The notes beneath the pieces are model-generated. The model did no database searches. It had not been told where the DNA came from and was given only the letters and a program-made list of their open reading frames with translations. Shown piece by piece: positions 20,219 to 30,139 of a stretch of DNA of 64,000 nucleotides. Both the position numbers and the translations under genes were made by a program. Source of the DNA: Candidatus Cloacimonadota bacterium (GTDB taxonomy: Bacteria > Cloacimonadota > Cloacimonadia > JGIOTU-2); contig JBNGBT010000005.1 in the NCBI GenBank assembly GCA_049903315.1, forward strand, positions 128,001 through 192,000, read 5' to 3'. Positions within the stretch are counted from its first letter, which is position 1. Every line of letters begins with the position of its first letter.

Positions 20219-20869
20219 TCAAACATTCGGATGTTGAAGAGGATATGCTATCTCCTTTAACTCAAATAATCCCGGAACTTCATCCAGGAGAACTTTCCTG
20301 ACCATTTTGATCATCGTATTTCTGTATGTGACCTTATCGTTCTCAGATACAGATTCCGGCTTTTTATCAAGGGCTTTCTCGATCTCCCATAAAACATCCA
20401 TGTATTCGTTTCCCACAAGAAGATGTTTTCTATACAGTATTTGTAATGCTTTCCTAGATTGATGATATGCGATCTGGTAAAAATATTCCCGTCTTTCAGC
20501 TTCTATGCTTTCATCGATAAAATATTGGTTTTTCTTAGGGTCGTTTCTCCTCGCACAACCAAGAATGAATGCGACAACATCGGTGATAGTATTATCTTTA
20601 CTGCCGATGAGTGTGAATTTGTCTTTTTCAGGAGGAGTGTTATCTGATGCGAAATGTTCTAATGCAATCTGGGCTATGCGATAACCGCCAGCACCACAAA
20701 GGCATACATGTCCTAAATAAGTACACACATCTTCGAAGTGCAATGTAAAGGAGGAAATTCCTTGTTTGTATGAACTTGTAAACACTCCGTGCGGGTAGTG
20801 TAAAACAATCGGTGGAATATCAGAAATAAAACTATAATTTAAATGCCATTGACTATTGAGATTTCTCAT
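20219..20869 (-). CDS. FmdE-like (formylmethanofuran dehydrogenase subunit E family) hypothetical protein
   Basis: YLGHVCLCGAGGYRIA resembles the FmdE HGHxC..G.R motif. Start uncertain (ATG 20869 or TTG 20905). Confidence 0.45.
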   Translation of the reverse strand: MRNLNSQWHLNYSFISDIPPIVLHYPHGVFTSSYKQGISSFTLHFEDVCTYLGHVCLCGAGGYRIAQIALEHFASDNTPPEKDKFTLIGSKDNTITDVVAFILGCARRNDPKKNQYFIDESIEAERREYFYQIAYHQSRKALQILYRKHLLVGNEYMDVLWEIEKALDKKPESVSENDKVTYRNTMIKMVRKVLLDEVPGLFELKEIAYPLQHPNV

Positions 20870-21075
20870 GTGACAAAGATTTTGAAGAACAAATTTTTCA
20901 GGCAAGAAATTATAAAAATATCTAAATTCGGATGTCTAATAACAAATGAATATAACTATCAATTTCAGTTTCGGGTGTGAAACTTGACAACATTCAAGAA
21001 ATATACTTTAAACTCAAAATAAATAAAGTAACATAAAGTTGCTTATTAAACGATTAAGTAATTTTAGGAGAAAGA

Positions 21076-22056
21076 ATGAAAACGACAATCCCCAAGTTCG
21101 AGGATATCAATCTTCGAAATATAAAAGTGTCCAAAAAATTAGTGGGCCCAGGACTAATTATTTTGGCTGCAATTATAATCCTACTAACCGGTTTATATAC
21201 TGTCAATCCGGAAGAGGTGGGCGTTATCCAGAGATTTGGAAAATATCTTTCGACCACAGAGCCGGGACTTCATTTCAAGTTTCCTTTTGGTATTGATAAA
21301 CTTACAAAAGTAAAAGTGAAACACGTATTTAAGGAAGAGTTTGGATTTCGGACATTGGAAGCCGGTGTTCGCACCAGATACTCTTCACAAAGTTATAATC
21401 AGGAAGCGATCATGCTTACCGGCGATCTGAATATTGCAGATGTTGGATGGATTGTTCAATATAGAATTAAGGATCCGGTACAATATCTGTTCAATGTCAG
21501 AAATGTGGAAGAGACTATGCGCGATGTATCGGAATCTGTGATCCGGGAAGTCGTGGGAGACCGCAGTGTGGACGAAGTTATCGTACTTAACAGAAAAGAA
21601 ATCGCCGATAAGTCTCAGATAATGCTACAAGATCAGCTTGATCTTTATAAAGCCGGACTGGAGATCGTTACAATAAATCTACAAAACGTGAATCCGCCCA
21701 AAGCGGTTCAGCCTGCATTCAATAATGTGAATTCAGCAAAACAGGAAAAAGAACGGATCATTAATGAAGCATGGGAAAAATATAACGAAGTGATACCAGA
21801 AGCTGAAGGAAAATCGAAGAGAACAATTGAAGAAGCTGAAGGATATGCGGTCGATAGAGTAAACAGGGCAAACGGAGATGCGAACCGCTTTATCCAGATG
21901 TATAATGAATATCGCTATTCAAAAACGGTAACCAGAAAAAGACTCTACCTGGAAATGATGGAAAAGGTGCTTCCTAATGTTGAAAAGAAGTACATTGTCG
22001 ATGACGCTCAGAGCAGCATACTGCCGCTTCTGAATCTTGAACAAGGAGGTAATTAA
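21076..22056 (+). CDS. hflK: FtsH protease modulator HflK
   Basis: SPFH domain, EVGVIQRFGK..PGLHFK, MLTGDLNI, QNVNPP..VQPAF, TRKRLYLE. Confidence 0.95.
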   Translation: MKTTIPKFEDINLRNIKVSKKLVGPGLIILAAIIILLTGLYTVNPEEVGVIQRFGKYLSTTEPGLHFKFPFGIDKLTKVKVKHVFKEEFGFRTLEAGVRTRYSSQSYNQEAIMLTGDLNIADVGWIVQYRIKDPVQYLFNVRNVEETMRDVSESVIREVVGDRSVDEVIVLNRKEIADKSQIMLQDQLDLYKAGLEIVTINLQNVNPPKAVQPAFNNVNSAKQEKERIINEAWEKYNEVIPEAEGKSKRTIEEAEGYAVDRVNRANGDANRFIQMYNEYRYSKTVTRKRLYLEMMEKVLPNVEKKYIVDDAQSSILPLLNLEQGGN

Positions 22057-22057
22057 A

Positions 22058-22996
22058 ATGAAAAAAACACATATCATTCTCATTCTTATCATTCTACTGG
22101 CTATTATCGTAGTTTTCAATGCATTTTATATTATTGATGAAAGACAACAGGTGATTATCACTCAGTTTGGCAAACCGATAGGGGAATCGATCCAAGCTGC
22201 TGGATTGCATGTGAAGATACCCTTTTTCCAGAAAGTCCATTATTTTGATAAAAGAATACTGGAATGGGACGGTGATGCAAAGCAAATACCAACGTCAGAT
22301 AAGCGATACATCTGGCTCGATACTTTCTCCCGCTGGAAGATCGTCGATCCTTTAAAATTCTATGAAACAACTCGTTATGAAGGCAATGCGCATAGCAAAC
22401 TGGATGATATTATCAGTGGAATAACGCGAGATGTAATCAGCTCAAATAGATTGTTAGAAATTGTGAAAAGTTCTAATAGAGAAATGACCTTTACTTCTGA
22501 ATACTCAGATAGTAAATTGGTTGATGAGATCAAAGAAAAGATTGTTAATGGTCGTCAGGCAATTGCAGATTCGATCTTTAAACTCTCAAAAGTAAAAGTT
22601 GCCGAGTATGGTATCAATCTCATCGATGTTCGTATAAAAAGGTTGAATTATAATCAGGAAGTCCAGTCAAAAGTATTTGAAAGAATGATCTCGGAAAGAA
22701 ATAAGATTGCTGCAAAATATCTGTCTGAAGGAAAAGGGAATTCTTCTGAAATACTCGGTAAAATGCAGCGAGAGCTGGATCAAATTCAATCCGAAGCATA
22801 TCAGAAAGCTCAAGAGATAAAAGGAAAGGCTGATGCTTTGGCAATCACGATCTATGCAAACGCATATAATAAAGATCCTGAATTTTATGAATTTCTGAAA
22901 ACACTGGAAACGTATGAAAAGACGATTGATAATAAAAACACTATCATTATGACCACTGACAGTGATTACTATAAATTCCTCAAGAAAATCGAGTAA
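22058..22996 (+). CDS. hflC: FtsH protease modulator HflC
   Basis: ITQFGKP, GLHVKIPF, DVRIKR, RMISER, DPEFYEF. ATG at 22058 follows GGAGG. Confidence 0.95.
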   Translation: MKKTHIILILIILLAIIVVFNAFYIIDERQQVIITQFGKPIGESIQAAGLHVKIPFFQKVHYFDKRILEWDGDAKQIPTSDKRYIWLDTFSRWKIVDPLKFYETTRYEGNAHSKLDDIISGITRDVISSNRLLEIVKSSNREMTFTSEYSDSKLVDEIKEKIVNGRQAIADSIFKLSKVKVAEYGINLIDVRIKRLNYNQEVQSKVFERMISERNKIAAKYLSEGKGNSSEILGKMQRELDQIQSEAYQKAQEIKGKADALAITIYANAYNKDPEFYEFLKTLETYEKTIDNKNTIIMTTDSDYYKFLKKIE

Positions 22997-23304
22997 ACGA
23001 AAGGTAAATATCAAAATTAATATAATAAATAAAATTATGATTTGAGTGCCATGATTCATTGATAAATCTGGTAAGTAAATATCTTCACTATATAAATTAT
23101 CAAGGATAAAAATTCAAACAATTTGTCCAATTCATGCAGGTTTTTTTTGGCTAAAGATTCTGTTATAGAGGTAGTTTATAAGCAGGATTTATTTGCAATT
23201 GTTAAACTTGACAAGGGTTTATGGGCACAAACTTTATGGCACTACTTGATGAAAATGTCATAGATATAGTTATATAAGCGAAGTGAGAATTTTTAGGAGA
23301 CATA

Positions 23305-23736
23305 ATGAAAACGACATTGCCAAAAGTCGATGCAATTGAGCATCATTGGTATGTGATCAACGCAGAAGATGCTGTACTTGGCAGATTATCTACCAAAGTC
23401 GCAGAACTTCTTAGAGGAAAGCATAAACCGACTTTCACTCCATTCTTTGATATGGGTGATTTTGTTATAATATTGAACGCTGGAAAAGTAAAAGTTACAG
23501 GCCAAAAAGAATTTGCAAAAGAATACAAGCGATATTCCGGTTATTCAAGCGGACAGAGAGTGACTTCCTTCCAGCAAATGCGAGAAAACAATCCGGAACA
23601 GATCATATATCATTCTGTAAAAGGCATGCTTCCGAAGAACAAACTTCGTGACAGGATGCTCAAGAGACTCAAAATTTATACCGGCAATACTCACAATCAT
23701 CAGGCACAACTGCCTAAAGAAATTAAAATTTCTTAA
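23305..23736 (+). CDS. rplM: 50S ribosomal protein L13
   Basis: [37 protein letters not shown]. Confidence 0.98.
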   Translation: MKTTLPKVDAIEHHWYVINAEDAVLGRLSTKVAELLRGKHKPTFTPFFDMGDFVIILNAGKVKVTGQKEFAKEYKRYSGYSSGQRVTSFQQMRENNPEQIIYHSVKGMLPKNKLRDRMLKRLKIYTGNTHNHQAQLPKEIKIS

Positions 23737-23753
23737 TTTTAGGAGAAATATAT

Positions 23754-24140
23754 ATGCAATATTTTGATGCAATTGGCAGGCGTAAAAACGCCGTTGCACG
23801 TGTTCGTTTATCCAAAGGAACCGGAAAAAGAATCATTAATAAAAAACTTATGAAAGATTATCTCAGTAGAGAAACTCTTGAAATGATCGTCGAAGAACCT
23901 TTCAAGCTTATTGACCAGTCTGAACGATTTGACATGAAGGTCAATGTTCGTGGCGGGGGACTTTCCGGACAAGCCGGCGCAATCCGTCTTGGCATCAGCA
24001 GAGCTCTTTTGGAGTATGATCCTGAACTACGAGGGATCCTGAAAAAAGAAGGACTTCTTACACGTGATGCTCGCGAGAAAGAACGCAGGAAATACGGACT
24101 TGCAAAAGCACGAAAAGCATATCAGTATTCAAAGAGATAA
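23754..24140 (+). CDS. rpsI: 30S ribosomal protein S9
   Basis: [41 protein letters not shown]. Confidence 0.98.
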   Translation: MQYFDAIGRRKNAVARVRLSKGTGKRIINKKLMKDYLSRETLEMIVEEPFKLIDQSERFDMKVNVRGGGLSGQAGAIRLGISRALLEYDPELRGILKKEGLLTRDAREKERRKYGLAKARKAYQYSKR

Positions 24141-24155
24141 AATATATTTAATCAA

Positions 24156-24237
24156 TTAACTTCAGAGCCGCAAACGGTGCTCGGATTTTCCGAATATATG
24201 TGGCGTTGATGAAGTTAAAATAATAAACCGTTGGAGG
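24156..24237 (+). promoter_or_regulatory. Putative rpsB leader RNA (S2 autoregulatory element)
   Basis: TTAACTTCA (24156-64) pairs with TGAAGTTAA (24210-18); inner GCCGCA/TGTGGC and TCGGA-TTT-TCCGA helices; AACGGT (24173-78) pairs with ACCGTT (24227-32) next to the GGAGG RBS. Confidence 0.6.
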
Positions 24238-24243
24238 ACACAC

Positions 24244-25263
24244 ATGAGTGTCGTTGAAATGAAAAGTCTTCTCGAGGCTGGTGTTCATTTTGGTCATCAA
24301 ACTCGACGCTGGAATCCTAAGATGAAACGATATATCTTCATCAAAAGAAATGGGATTCACATCATTGATCTGAAACAAACCCTCGAAGCCATCAACCAGG
24401 CATATTATTTTATCAGAGAACTTGCAGCAAAAGGTCAAAGAATCCTTTTTGTTGGAACAAAAAAACAGGTGTCTGAAGGCATACAGAATGCAGCAGAAAA
24501 ATGCGATGAGTTCTTTATCAGCAACAGATGGTATGGTGGTACGTTAACAAACCTGAAAACGATCCGACAGAGCATATCAAAGCTGGATGAATTTGAAAAA
24601 TTGCAGGAAACAGGTGAAATCAATAAGTTCACCAAACTCGAAGTGCTCAAAATGCAGAGGAAGTATGATAAGATACTCAGCGCACTTGGTGGAATTCGTG
24701 ATATGGATGAAACACCAGCAGCATTGTTTATTGCAGATATTGTCTATGAAAGAAATGCAGTGAGTGAAGCCAAAAATCTCGAGATTCCTATTGTGGCTAT
24801 TGTGGATACTAATGGTGATCCTGATGGCGTTGATTATGTAATACCCGGTAATGATGATGCAATGAAATCCGTAAATCTCATTTGTGATATAATGGCAAAT
24901 GCTGTTATAGAAGGAAAGAAGATCGCTGCTGAAGGTGGAGATATTTCCGAATTTGAAGTAGCAAAAAAGGATGAAGAAGAAGTCGTTGAAGTTGAAAAAG
25001 AAGAAATCACAGAAAATGATGAGAAAGTGGTTGAAGAAGTCGTTGAAGAAGATGTAGAAGAAGAGCCGGTAGAAAAAGAAACGAAAAAAACAAAAGAAGA
25101 GAAACCGAAAAAAGAAGAGAAAAAGACCAAAAAGATAAAAAAAGAACCAGAAGAAATTATTGAAGAAAAGAAAGAAATCCGTTTTGAATGCCCCGACTGC
25201 GGTAAAACATTCTCGTCAAAACGTGGCTTAAAGATCCACCTCGGATTGGTTCATCAAAAATAA
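24244..25263 (+). CDS. rpsB: 30S ribosomal protein S2 with acidic/Lys-rich extension and C-terminal C2H2 zinc finger
   Basis: LLEAGVHFGHQTRRWNPKM, LFVGTK, RWYGGTLTN, VDTN.DP, IPGNDDA; tail FECPDCGKTFSSKRGLKIHLGLVH. Confidence 0.97.
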   Translation: MSVVEMKSLLEAGVHFGHQTRRWNPKMKRYIFIKRNGIHIIDLKQTLEAINQAYYFIRELAAKGQRILFVGTKKQVSEGIQNAAEKCDEFFISNRWYGGTLTNLKTIRQSISKLDEFEKLQETGEINKFTKLEVLKMQRKYDKILSALGGIRDMDETPAALFIADIVYERNAVSEAKNLEIPIVAIVDTNGDPDGVDYVIPGNDDAMKSVNLICDIMANAVIEGKKIAAEGGDISEFEVAKKDEEEVVEVEKEEITENDEKVVEEVVEEDVEEEPVEKETKKTKEEKPKKEEKKTKKIKKEPEEIIEEKKEIRFECPDCGKTFSSKRGLKIHLGLVHQK

Positions 25264-25277
25264 TATACGGAGCTATT

Positions 25278-25871
25278 ATGGAAATTACAGCAAAACAAGT
25301 AAAAGAGTTAAGAGATAAAACAAATGTTGGTTTGATGGAATGCAAAAAAGCATTAGCAGAAGCAAATGGAAATGTTGATGAAGCAGTGAAGATCCTGCGC
25401 AAAAAGGGAATTGCAAAAGCCGAAAAGAAAGCCAGCAGAGATTCCAGCGAAGGCATTATTCATGCATATATACATCCGGGTGCAAAACTTGGTGTACTGC
25501 TTGAACTGAGCTGTGAGACAGATTTTGTTGCACGCACTGATGATTTTCAGGAAATGGCAAACCAGATCGCAATGCATATTGCTGCGACTAATCCAATGGC
25601 TATTTCTGAAGAAAATATTGATCCAAAAATTATTGCAGAAGAAAAAGAAATTTATAAAGCTCAAGCGCTCGCTGCCGGCAAACCCGAAAATATCGTTGAC
25701 AAGATCATTGAAGGTCGCCTTAAAAAATATTATACTGAGAATTGTCTACTCGACCAACCCCTTGTCATGGATGAAGACATCACTATTAAAGAGCTCATAT
25801 CTAATGCAGTATTGAAGCTTGGTGAAAACATCAGCATAAAAAGATTTGCACGATTTCAAATAGGAATGTAG
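25278..25871 (+). CDS. tsf: Elongation factor Ts (short form)
   Basis: VKELRDKT..GLMECKKAL, ELSCETDFVA, LGENI.I.RF.RF. Confidence 0.97.
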   Translation: MEITAKQVKELRDKTNVGLMECKKALAEANGNVDEAVKILRKKGIAKAEKKASRDSSEGIIHAYIHPGAKLGVLLELSCETDFVARTDDFQEMANQIAMHIAATNPMAISEENIDPKIIAEEKEIYKAQALAAGKPENIVDKIIEGRLKKYYTENCLLDQPLVMDEDITIKELISNAVLKLGENISIKRFARFQIGM

Positions 25872-25872
25872 C

Positions 25873-26577
25873 GTGAAATACAAGAGAATCCTGTTAAAAA
25901 TCAGTGGAGAAATACTACAGGGAAAGAATTCCTTTGGTATTGAAAATGATGCTGTTACACGGATTGTCAAAGAACTTGTTGATCTTCACACAAAGGGATT
26001 GGAACTCGGCATTGTCATAGGCGGCGGTAACTTTTTCCGTGGAGCTACTTCTGCGATCGAAGGTATGAGACGTCCTGAAGCTGATGCGATCGGCATGCTC
26101 GCAACTGTACAAAATGCAATTGTCCTTCATGAAAAATTGCGGGAATACCACGTGCTTTCGGAAATCTTTACTGCAGAACCCATTGCATCGATAGGCACAT
26201 GCTTTTCATCTGAAAGTGCGCAGGCAGCTCTTCGAGCCGGCAAAGTCGGTCTTTATTCGGGGGGAACCGGGAATCCGTATTTTACTACTGATACCGCAGC
26301 AGTTCTACGTGCACTTGAGATTGAAGCAGATATTCTTTTCAAAGGAACAAAAGTTGATGGTGTGTATGATAGAGATCCTGTAAAATTTCCTGATGCTACG
26401 CTCTTCAATAATATTTCTTACGCTGATTATATTGAATTAAATCTCAAAGTAATGGACCTCACTGCTATTTCACTGGCAAAAAATAATCACTTAAAAATAA
26501 AAGTATTCAATATCAAAGAACTTGGAAATATTTCCAAAGCTGTTTTTGAAGATAATTTCGGAAGTATCATAGAGTAA
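25873..26577 (+). CDS. pyrH: UMP kinase
   Basis: KRILLKISGE, GGGNFFRG, GMLAT.QNA, GTGNPYFTTDTAA, VMDLTA. Confidence 0.97.
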   Translation: MKYKRILLKISGEILQGKNSFGIENDAVTRIVKELVDLHTKGLELGIVIGGGNFFRGATSAIEGMRRPEADAIGMLATVQNAIVLHEKLREYHVLSEIFTAEPIASIGTCFSSESAQAALRAGKVGLYSGGTGNPYFTTDTAAVLRALEIEADILFKGTKVDGVYDRDPVKFPDATLFNNISYADYIELNLKVMDLTAISLAKNNHLKIKVFNIKELGNISKAVFEDNFGSIIE

Positions 26578-26654
26578 CCAATAACGGATATGTTGCACAC
26601 TCAGTTCATTATACATTGTCATGCAACACCGGAGGATAACAAGAGGAGTTAACA

Positions 26655-27218
26655 ATGCAAGAATTAGAGTCGATTTACAATGACACTCGCGACAAGATGG
26701 ATAAGGCCATTGAAGCTCTTCACAAAGAGCTCATGAAGATTCGAACAGGTAAAGCTAATATCTCCCTTCTTGATGATATAACTGTTGATTACTATGGACA
26801 GCCTTCCCCCCTCAATCATATTGGAACGATCTCTGTACCCGAAGCACGGCTTATTCTCATTAATCCATGGGAAAAGAAAATGCTGCAAAACATTGAAAAA
26901 GCGATCCTTGCATCTGATCTCGGCATCACACCTCAGAATGATGGAAATGTGATCAGACTTGCTTTTCCGCCACTTACTGAAGATAGAAGAAAGGATCTCG
27001 GTAAGTTAGTAAAAAAGCATGGAGAAGAGGCAAAGATTTCGGTCAGAAATATTCGCAGAACTGCTAATGATGATATCAAAAAATTAGAAAAGGATAGTGT
27101 TATTTCTGAAGATAATTCCAAAGATGGGTTGGATGAAATTCAGGAAATCACTGATGAATTTACAAAAAAAATCGACGAAACTGTCGAACATAAAGAAAAA
27201 GAAATCATGGAGATTTAA
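26655..27218 (+). CDS. frr: Ribosome recycling factor
   Basis: [43 protein letters not shown]. Confidence 0.97.
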   Translation: MQELESIYNDTRDKMDKAIEALHKELMKIRTGKANISLLDDITVDYYGQPSPLNHIGTISVPEARLILINPWEKKMLQNIEKAILASDLGITPQNDGNVIRLAFPPLTEDRRKDLGKLVKKHGEEAKISVRNIRRTANDDIKKLEKDSVISEDNSKDGLDEIQEITDEFTKKIDETVEHKEKEIMEI

Positions 27219-27224
27219 CGTATT

Positions 27225-27407
27225 ATGAGCTTTATTATAACCTCAGATTGTATTAAATGCGGATCCTGCATGGAAGTATGCCCGGAAAAAGCTATTATCG
27301 AAGACGATACACAATACATAATCACCGATGATTGCATAGAGTGTGGACTGTGCCTGAAAGAATGTCCTCTCGAGGCAATCAAAGCTAACAATAATCACAA
27401 GAAATAA
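27225..27407 (+). CDS. 2[4Fe-4S] ferredoxin
   Basis: Two CxxCxxCxxxCP motifs (CIKCGSCMEVCP, CIECGLCLKECP). Confidence 0.9.
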   Translation: MSFIITSDCIKCGSCMEVCPEKAIIEDDTQYIITDDCIECGLCLKECPLEAIKANNNHKK

Positions 27408-27411
27408 AAAT

Positions 27412-30033
27412 ATGAATTTTGAAAATAAGTGCACGATCGACAGAAGAACCAATGCTATAATCGGACTTGTCGTTTTTCTGTCTGTTTTTATTATCTATTA
27501 TATCACAAAACCAGTGTCACTTTCGTTTTGGGATTGCGGTGAGTATATTTCCTGCAGTTCAATTCTTGGAGTGCCACATCCTCCCGGAAATCCTTTTTAT
27601 ATCTTACTTGGGAAATTTTTTACTCTTCTCCCGATAGGACTTTCACATGCTCAGGCAGTAAGTCTACTTTCAATATTTTTTAGTTGTTTTGCGGTTCTCT
27701 TTGTCTATCTTTCCATTGTAAAGCTTGTTGCGATCTGGGAAACAAAGCAGATCTATGCATATATTGCAGGAGTTATTGGCGCGCTCTTCATTGCATTTTC
27801 CCAGGAATTTTGGATCAATGCGATAGAGGCGGAAGTATATGGGGGATTATCATTTTTCATTGCACTTATCATCTGGCTGACACTTATCTGGACAGAAAAG
27901 CAAAAGAACTTCGATCATCAGAATATTTTACTCCTTATTGTATATCTTTTCTTTCTCGGCTTCGGTGTACATCAAACAACATTACAGATCGCTCCGGCGG
28001 TGTTAATCATTGTAGTTCTCCCATTCCTCAAATTTGATAAACAATTCTATAAGAAACTTGCGATCTTCGTGGTGATAGGACTTGCTCTTTATTATATTTT
28101 CTATCTTATAGGAACGGGCTTCGGACATGGAAGTCTTGGCAAATATATCTTTGCACTTTTGGTTATTGGTGTAATGATATATTACCTGAAGGATTTTGTC
28201 CAGCCGCAAGTATGGTTTTTTGCACTCTTAATGGTCATCCTTGGATTGAGCACACACCTTATTCTCCCGATCCGTGCGGCAGCAAATCCCTTTATTAATG
28301 AGGGAGACCCATCTACTTTGCCGAGATTCATGGATTATGTGTTCAGAAAACAATATGGTCCAACCAGTTTCTTTGTCCGCCGAGCTCCCATCTTTATGCA
28401 GCTTGATTTCCATTTCCTCAGATATTTCAGCTGGCAGTTTTTCGATGCCGGTGTCATAAGCAATTTCTTGCATGTCTCCAAACAATTCATTCATACGATT
28501 TTCCAATTTATTGTTGTTGCACTCGGACTGACCGGCTTGTACTATCAGTTTAAAAAAAGTAACCGCTCATTCATTTATCTCGCATCATTCTTTTTCATGG
28601 CAAGTATCGCAATGATACTTGTAATGAATCTCTCATCTGCGGAAGTGCGTGACAGACCATACTTTTTCATCACTGCGTACATACTGTGGGCTTTCTGGAT
28701 GGGCATCGGGGCAATGGGAATAGTCCGATTCTTAAGAAAAAAATCGAAGCTACTTGCGATTATTGTTTTGTGCCTTATCGCAACACTTCCAATTATAAAT
28801 ATGGCTTCTCATTATCATAAAACTGATAGAAGTCAGGAGCTTCTTTCGCTCGAGTACGGAACCAATTTCTTAAATGGTCTTGATAAGAATGCCATTATTT
28901 TCACGAATGGTGATAATGATACTTTCCCGCTCTGGTATTCCCAGGCAGTGTATGATCCTAATGCACAAGAGTATTATCTCGAAGATGATACACTTCTTTT
29001 TGCAGAGATAAAAGGATTTTCAATCTCAAAAAAGGGAGAAATGCCGAAAAGAACTCAGATAAAACTGAATGAAGCGTATTTGGCTAAAAAGGATCTTGGT
29101 GGGATTCGCAAAGATGTTTCTGTCGCGAATTTGAGTCTTCTCAACACTCCGTGGTATATAAAACAACTCCGTGATTTTGAAGGCATAGAAATAAATCTCT
29201 CGGATAAACAAATAGATGCACTTCATCCAATCCAGCTTGCGAACGAAGCAAATTTCAAGGTCGGCGATCTCAAGATCACTTTCCCAAAGGATAAACAGCT
29301 TTACGTCAAAGATCAGATGGTTCTCCAGATCATAAAAGATAACTATGGCAAACGCCCGATTTACTTCGCAGTTACAGTTGCAGACCGTGTTGATTTTGAT
29401 GAATACCTTCAAAGCGAAGGCATGGCGGACAGAATAATCTCAACAAAAGCAAAATATCAGATAAATGCTCCACGACTCAATCATAATATCGAAAATGTAT
29501 TTGATTACAAGTCCATCTATAATGATAATCTCTACAAGGATGAGAACATGAAGCGCCTTATCAATAATTACGGTGCGGATTTCATGCGCATGTCCACAAC
29601 GTTCTATCAGAATGAAGATTATGATAATGCAGTAAAATATCTCAAAAAAGCAATGAATTTCATAAAAGAGAAAGATAGATATCTACCGAGTCTTGCGAAT
29701 TTGTATTATGAGATGGGCTTATACGATAGTGCTCTCATTGTGCTTGAACCGTTAGTAGAAAAGAGTCCCGAAGACCCTCAGCTTGTTTATCTGCAAATTG
29801 AATTCTTAGTGAAGAATGAAGATATCCCTGGTGCTCTCAGTGCTCTTGAGAACTTCATTATGAAAAATACAGATCAGCACTATTTCCTCAACCGTTATGT
29901 TAATATTATAAGAGGTAATCCTCAATATATTGAAAGAGCCCTCTCGTACATGGATGAATTGGTGAAGCAGTTTCCTGATAATAAATCATTCCAGCAATTT
30001 AAAGAACAGATTGAAGATATTAACCAAAAGTAA
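27412..30033 (+). CDS. DUF2723/TMEM260-like membrane glycosyltransferase with C-terminal TPR region
   Basis: SFWDCGEYI..LGVPHPPGNP, FW.NA.EAEVY, EVRDR.YFF, FTNGDNDTFPLWY, NLSLLNTPWY; many TM segments. Confidence 0.9.
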   Translation: MNFENKCTIDRRTNAIIGLVVFLSVFIIYYITKPVSLSFWDCGEYISCSSILGVPHPPGNPFYILLGKFFTLLPIGLSHAQAVSLLSIFFSCFAVLFVYLSIVKLVAIWETKQIYAYIAGVIGALFIAFSQEFWINAIEAEVYGGLSFFIALIIWLTLIWTEKQKNFDHQNILLLIVYLFFLGFGVHQTTLQIAPAVLIIVVLPFLKFDKQFYKKLAIFVVIGLALYYIFYLIGTGFGHGSLGKYIFALLVIGVMIYYLKDFVQPQVWFFALLMVILGLSTHLILPIRAAANPFINEGDPSTLPRFMDYVFRKQYGPTSFFVRRAPIFMQLDFHFLRYFSWQFFDAGVISNFLHVSKQFIHTIFQFIVVALGLTGLYYQFKKSNRSFIYLASFFFMASIAMILVMNLSSAEVRDRPYFFITAYILWAFWMGIGAMGIVRFLRKKSKLLAIIVLCLIATLPIINMASHYHKTDRSQELLSLEYGTNFLNGLDKNAIIFTNGDNDTFPLWYSQAVYDPNAQEYYLEDDTLLFAEIKGFSISKKGEMPKRTQIKLNEAYLAKKDLGGIRKDVSVANLSLLNTPWYIKQLRDFEGIEINLSDKQIDALHPIQLANEANFKVGDLKITFPKDKQLYVKDQMVLQIIKDNYGKRPIYFAVTVADRVDFDEYLQSEGMADRIISTKAKYQINAPRLNHNIENVFDYKSIYNDNLYKDENMKRLINNYGADFMRMSTTFYQNEDYDNAVKYLKKAMNFIKEKDRYLPSLANLYYEMGLYDSALIVLEPLVEKSPEDPQLVYLQIEFLVKNEDIPGALSALENFIMKNTDQHYFLNRYVNIIRGNPQYIERALSYMDELVKQFPDNKSFQQFKEQIEDINQK

Positions 30034-30076
30034 TAAGGATTATATAAATATAATTAATTGCTATAAATATTGACGT

Positions 30077-30104
30077 AAAACCCAGTTGAAAATTACTGGG
30101 TTTT
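30077..30104 (+). terminator. Inverted repeat (terminator-like) between the DUF2723 gene and secA
   Basis: AAAACCCAGT-TGAAAATT-ACTGGGTTTT, directly after TTGACG at 30070. Confidence 0.55.
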
Positions 30105-30139
30105 CAATTATTAGCAAATATTAGCAAAATAAAGAGATT

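Noticed and set aside
25278..25871. Short EF-Ts as a possible truncation
   Set aside because: ~200-aa EF-Ts is a normal form in many phyla, and both termini are intact.
26585..26631. TGTTGCA...TGCAACA inverted repeat before frr
   Set aside because: Short stem, long loop and no second copy; insufficient support.
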